Positions 59,448 through 64,000 of a stretch of DNA of 64,000 bases are shown in pieces (positions within the stretch are counted from its first letter, which is position 1; each line of letters opens with the position of its first letter). The notes under the pieces were generated by a model. That model had not been told where the DNA came from, made no database searches, and was given only the letters and a program-made list of their open reading frames with translations. The translations under genes were made by a program, and so were the position numbers. The stretch covers positions 552,567-616,566 of the forward strand of contig JBMOPW010000034.1 of NCBI GenBank assembly GCA_049322915.1. The letters run 5' to 3'. The stretch comes from Candidatus Zhuqueibacterota bacterium (GTDB lineage: Bacteria > Zhuqueibacterota > Zhuqueibacteria > Thermofontimicrobiales > Thermofontimicrobiaceae).

Positions 59448-62201
59448 ATGATTTACAAAGCTGCTCTCATGTTATCGACTCTTTTGCTCGTGGCCACGGT
59501 GTTGTTCAGCAAAGACACACTCACGACGCACTCCAGCCCGCGCATCTTTTCCGGAAATCAGTTGAAAGAAATTGCCTTTCCTCTTGGCGGGATTGGTACC
59601 GGCAACATCTCATTAGGCGGACGCGGCGAGCTTCGGGATTGGGAAATTTTCAATCGTCCCGGCAAGAATAAACAGCCCAATCTGACCTTTTTCGCGCTCT
59701 GGGCCAGGAAAGAAAATAGCGCTCCGATTGCAAAAATATTGGAACGAAAACTAATGCCGCCATACACCGGCTGGATGGGAATACCCCGTCACACTCTTTC
59801 CGGCTGCCCCCGATTTGAGGAAGTTGAATTTCTGGGAGAATATCCCTTTGCTCAGCTCACTTTCAGGGATGAAACAGTTCCGGTTCGGGTGAAGCTCGAA
59901 GCGTTCAATCCGTTCATCCCGCTGGATGCCGATAACAGCGGGCTTCCGGTGGCTATTTTCAACTGGTCTCTTCACAATCCCAACGATGTCCCGGTGGAAG
60001 TCGCTATTTGCTTCAGCATGCAAAACCCCATCGGAACGGATGGCAAGGATTTCGGTGGCGCCGTGGTGAAAAATGGCATCAATGAATTTGTGAACAACGG
60101 CCGCGTCAGCGGGATCAGGTTCAGTTCCAATTATCTGAAACCCGATGATGTCCGATTTGGCAGTTTCGCCGTGACTACGCCAGAAAAAGAGATCAACGTC
60201 CAGACAAGCTGGTACCGCGGCGGCTGGTGGGACAATGCCCATATTTTCTGGGATGATTTTTCCGATGACGGCGCAGTGAGCGATACCAGAGAACGAACGG
60301 TCTCTGCCGAGAACAGCACGGATGTCGCCACGGTCATCGTCAAAATCAACATGCTGCCCGGCGAAGAAAAACGAATTCCGTTCCTGCTCTCGTGGCATTT
60401 TCCATATCGTGAAAATTACTGGAATGGCGAGGAGTCGGTCAAGGGCAAAATCATGAAAAATTATTACGCCACAAAATTCGTCGATGCCTTTGACGTGGCC
60501 GATTATGTGATGCGCTCCATGGATTATCTGGAAACGACCAGCCGGCTGTACCATCGCTCTCTCTTCACCAGCACCTATCCCGCTTACGTGATCGACGCGG
60601 TTTCATCCCAGGCGTCCATTTTGAAGACCAACACCGTGATGCGGATCGGCGATGGCCAATTCTTCGGCTTCGAAGGGCTGACCGACGACCGCGGCTGCTG
60701 TCCCCTGAATTGCACCCACGTCTGGAACTACGCTCAAACAGCCGCGTTTCTCTTCCCTTCGCTGGAACGGTCTGCGCGCGAGACCGATTTTCTCCATAAT
60801 ACCTTTGATAATGGCTACATGGTTTTCCGAACCCTCATTCCGCTCGGCGATTACTGGTGGCAGTTCAAGGCCTGCGCCGATGGGCAGATGGGATCGATTC
60901 TCCGCGCCTATCGCGAATGGAAACTTTCCGGCGACACGCAATGGCTGAGCCGCCTCTGGCCCGGGATAAAAAAATCGCTGGAATTCGCCTGGCAGGGCGT
61001 TGGACCTGTAGATGAAAAATTCAAGTGGCAGAAGGAAAATATCCAGGCGCCGTGGGATGCGGACAAGGACGGCGTGATGGAAGGCGAACAGCACAATACC
61101 TACGATATCGAATTCTACGGCCCCAACACCATGACCGGCTCGATTTATCTTGCCGCACTGAAAGCGGCCTCCGAGATGGCCCAGGCCATGGGCGACCGGA
61201 ACGCTGCCAGTGAGTATTTAAAAATTTACAAATCCGGCAGCGCGAAGTATGACCGACTGCTTTGGAATGGGCATTATTACATTCAAAAAGTTCAGGTGGA
61301 AAAAGGACTCGTTGTCCCTGATTGGCTGAAAACACCGCAGGCGGAGAGCTGCGATGATCCCAATTGCACCTGCAAATCCTCGCCGGGCGGAAAGAAAAAA
61401 GCGTTGGAAAGCGACCTGATTCCCAAATACCAGTACGGCGATGGCTGTCTCTCTGACCAGCTTCTGGGCCAATACGAAGCGTTCGTCCTGGGGCTGGGAT
61501 ATGTCTTGGACCCGACCCATGTTCGCACCGCGCTGAAGTCAATCTATGATCACAATTTCCGGCGGGAACTGGATGACTTTGCCAATGTGCAGCGCGTGTA
61601 TGCGCTCAACGATGAGGCCGGGCTGCTCCTTTGCTCCTGGCCCGATGGCAACCGGCCGCGGCTGCCCTTTGTCTATTCCGACGAAGTCTGGACAGGCATC
61701 GAATATCAGGTTGCTGCCAGCCTCATTTATGCCGGTTATGTGAAAGAAGGTCTGGAAATTGTCGAAGCAGTCAGGAATCGCCACGATGGACTGCGCCGGA
61801 ATCCGTGGGATGAATTCGAATGCGGCCATCACTATGCCCGCGCCATGGCCTCGTGGGCCGTGCTGCTGGCGCTTTCCGGCTACGTGTACGATGGCGTCGC
61901 CCAAACCATGAGCTTCGCTCCGGCCATTCATCAGGAAGACTTTGCGACGTTCTGGTCGTGCGGCGACGGTTGGGGCAATTTCAGTCTGAACGAAACCGGC
62001 GCTTCGCTGCGAACCGAGTTTGGCGGGGTGACGCTCACTCAATTTTCATTTGACGCTCCCTGGAATAAAAAAGTGCGCAGTGTGAAAATCGATGCAGTCG
62101 CCGCCGCCTGCAAAATCGATCACACGGAAAATACATATCGGATCCGTTTTGACCGCCCGGTGGAAATCAAACAGCACGAGCGATTAACCATTGAATTTTA
62201 A
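59448..62201 (+). CDS. GH116 family glycoside hydrolase, secreted
   Basis: PLGGIGTG, CTHVWNY, ADGQMG, QHNTYDIEF, DQLLGQ, EVWTGIEY, ECGHHYARAM; RBS AGGAGG. Confidence 0.92.
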   Translation: MIYKAALMLSTLLLVATVLFSKDTLTTHSSPRIFSGNQLKEIAFPLGGIGTGNISLGGRGELRDWEIFNRPGKNKQPNLTFFALWARKENSAPIAKILERKLMPPYTGWMGIPRHTLSGCPRFEEVEFLGEYPFAQLTFRDETVPVRVKLEAFNPFIPLDADNSGLPVAIFNWSLHNPNDVPVEVAICFSMQNPIGTDGKDFGGAVVKNGINEFVNNGRVSGIRFSSNYLKPDDVRFGSFAVTTPEKEINVQTSWYRGGWWDNAHIFWDDFSDDGAVSDTRERTVSAENSTDVATVIVKINMLPGEEKRIPFLLSWHFPYRENYWNGEESVKGKIMKNYYATKFVDAFDVADYVMRSMDYLETTSRLYHRSLFTSTYPAYVIDAVSSQASILKTNTVMRIGDGQFFGFEGLTDDRGCCPLNCTHVWNYAQTAAFLFPSLERSARETDFLHNTFDNGYMVFRTLIPLGDYWWQFKACADGQMGSILRAYREWKLSGDTQWLSRLWPGIKKSLEFAWQGVGPVDEKFKWQKENIQAPWDADKDGVMEGEQHNTYDIEFYGPNTMTGSIYLAALKAASEMAQAMGDRNAASEYLKIYKSGSAKYDRLLWNGHYYIQKVQVEKGLVVPDWLKTPQAESCDDPNCTCKSSPGGKKKALESDLIPKYQYGDGCLSDQLLGQYEAFVLGLGYVLDPTHVRTALKSIYDHNFRRELDDFANVQRVYALNDEAGLLLCSWPDGNRPRLPFVYSDEVWTGIEYQVAASLIYAGYVKEGLEIVEAVRNRHDGLRRNPWDEFECGHHYARAMASWAVLLALSGYVYDGVAQTMSFAPAIHQEDFATFWSCGDGWGNFSLNETGASLRTEFGGVTLTQFSFDAPWNKKVRSVKIDAVAAACKIDHTENTYRIRFDRPVEIKQHERLTIEF

Positions 62202-62335
62202 TCACTGTTCAGGTTCCAGGTTAAAAGTTCCCGGTTCAAGGTTTACAAGAGATCAGATTTAACAGATTGAAGAAATATGAAGAGCGTAAGGTCATTCACT
62301 CTGAACCTTGAACGATGAATCTGACTACCTGAATA

Positions 62336-63019
62336 GTGTCTGTCCGAAAACACCTGAATTAGCCATGGGGGTGATATTTTCATACTTCATTACGTCGGAC
62401 CTCATCCCCTAAACTCCCTCTCCTTGTAGGCTAATCCTTACCCATACGTTGGGGGATATTAACCCTAAAACGTCATTTAGCCTGCATTATTCATAGTATT
62501 TTTAGAGGAGGCTGGCTAACCTGAATGGTGCTCTTTTTGGAATAAACATATAAAAACTGAGTTTCAAAATAGCTTAGCATTTAGCTAATTGAAAATCTGA
62601 ATGTTGACTCAAATTCTGAGCAAGTTCATGAATAATTCAGGTAAGTAAATTTATCACACTATGTTGAGTTTTTCATCTATCAAAAATACAATATACAACG
62701 ATAAAAAATCTATGTGACGTAGTAGGGTTAACACATCAAACGAAACGCAGAGGTCGCGAAGGGCGCAGAGAAAAGACCCGCTTTAAATTGGTCTGAGTGA
62801 TTTTAAAATTTTCAATCAAACATTGAAAATCATGTTCACCCATAGTCACAGAAGACCAGAATAACCAGGGAAATATCTGGTTTCATCAGTTTGCAAACAG
62901 CTTTTTTTCAATACCAAAACTCTGCGTGCCTCTGCGACCGCTGCGTTAGAAAAGATATGGGTAAGCCTTTTCGGAGAGGATTGGGGTGAGGTCAATAATA
63001 GCAGTTTTCGGACAGACTC
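62336..63019. mobile_element. Nested non-autonomous inverted-repeat (MITE/REP-like) elements
   Basis: Outer IR GTGTCTGTCCGAAAAC/GTTTTCGGACAGACTC (15/16 match) enclosing five further IR pairs; no transposase. Confidence 0.75.
62479..62643. mobile_element. 165-bp MITE-like element, copy B
   Basis: About 11 substitutions versus 10624-10788 by eye; no indels seen. Confidence 0.8.
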
Positions 63020-63086
63020 AAAATAGCCACGAATTTCAATCAGTCCGATTGGGCGATTATCTGGTCTGAACAAATTAACAGTGCCT

Positions 63087-64000
63087 ATGAAAATAACCAC
63101 TTTCACGAAAACAAAAACCACTGCGGGGATGCGCTCTTTCCTCGCGCTCGCACTGGCAATGACGCTGCTGATTTCCGATGTCCCGGCGCAGTCAGTCATT
63201 TTCAAGACGCCGCTCAGTCCGCGGATCGCCAATTATCAAATTGATGTCGCGCTGGATGCAGAAACGCGCACCCTCCAGGGAGAGGAAATCCTGACATGGC
63301 ACAATCACTCCCGGGACAGCATTACGGAGCTGCAATTTCACCTTTACCTGAACGCGTTTCGCAACGACCAATCCACGTACATGAAGGAGTCCGGCCAGCG
63401 GTTCAGGGATTCGCACATGTCAGAGGAAAACCTGGGCTTCATCGACATCATCCGCATTGTTCAGAGCGATAGCCAGGATGTGACAGCGCAACTGGAATTC
63501 ATCCACCCGGATGATGCCAATGAATTCGATAAAACGGTCGCGAGACTGCCCCTTGCTTCGCCTGTGAACCCCGGCGATTCCGTGGTCCTGACCATTGATT
63601 TCATCGCCAGGTTGCCGCAGCCGCCCATCGAGCGAACAGGGGCGTTTGATGAGTATTTCTTTGTGGCGCAATGGTTTCCCAAGATCGGCGTTTACCAGAA
63701 TGGAGCGTGGAACTGCCACCAATATCACAAAGATTCCGAGTTCTTTGCTGACTTCGGCGTCTACGACGTCCGCATCACGGCGCCGAGCAGGAGCATTGTT
63801 GCCGCCACCGGTCTCGAAATGAGCGCGCACAAGAATGGCAACGGCACCGCAACCCACGTCTACCATGCCGAAGATGTGCACGATTTTGCCTGGTGCACCA
63901 GTCCGGAATTTATCGAATTCACGGACACAGTTCAGGATGTGCGGATTCGGGCGTTGATGCAGCCAGACCATGCGGGACAGGGGCAGCGGCATCTGAGCGC
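63087..64000 (+). CDS. M1-family aminopeptidase, N-terminal part (runs off window)
   Basis: Not in the ORF track. Manual translation: signal peptide, PLSPRIANYQIDV, LQFHLYLNAF, AQWFPKIGVY, EFFADFGVY, AEDVHDFAW. Confidence 0.88.
   Translation, partial: MKITTFTKTKTTAGMRSFLALALAMTLLISDVPAQSVIFKTPLSPRIANYQIDVALDAETRTLQGEEILTWHNHSRDSITELQFHLYLNAFRNDQSTYMKESGQRFRDSHMSEENLGFIDIIRIVQSDSQDVTAQLEFIHPDDANEFDKTVARLPLASPVNPGDSVVLTIDFIARLPQPPIERTGAFDEYFFVAQWFPKIGVYQNGAWNCHQYHKDSEFFADFGVYDVRITAPSRSIVAATGLEMSAHKNGNGTATHVYHAEDVHDFAWCTSPEFIEFTDTVQDVRIRALMQPDHAGQGQRHLS

Noticed and set aside
62846..63992. Minus-strand ORFs at the window end
   Set aside because: They are antisense to the M1 peptidase or lie within the repeat nest.

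Overview
64-kb window of a moderately GC-rich bacterial chromosome. The gene content (Bat/MoxR operon, TonB, lipoproteins, Tat substrates, tilS-hpt-ftsH-folP-cdaA) points to a diderm, probably FCB-superphylum-like organism such as KSB1/Calditrichota; this taxonomy is inference only. Main blocks: (1) Tat-signal TldD, CPBP protease, K+ channel and a UroD/MtaA-family gene. (2) A ~14-kb minus-strand putative anaerobic nucleobase-catabolism cluster: two complete xanthine-dehydrogenase-family L/M/S sets, an atypical PreA/DHOD-like FMN/Fe-S enzyme lacking the catalytic Cys, a SAM-methyltransferase-like protein, YgeY- and YgeW-like enzymes and a ThrC-like PLP enzyme. (3) ugd. (4) A lexA-imuB-like-dnaE2 cassette with three 15-bp-phased TAAC-N4-GTTA-like operators. 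(5) An AT-rich islet with ECF sigma/anti-sigma, secreted proteins and a VapBC pair. (6) Housekeeping cdaA-folP-TPR-ftsH-hpt-tilS and a tRNA(CAT). (7) Glycoside hydrolases. (8) An expanded Bat/MoxR operon ending in tonB. (9) GH116, a nest of MITE-like inverted repeats, and an M1 peptidase running off the end. All calls are by-eye motif recognition; no database searches were run.
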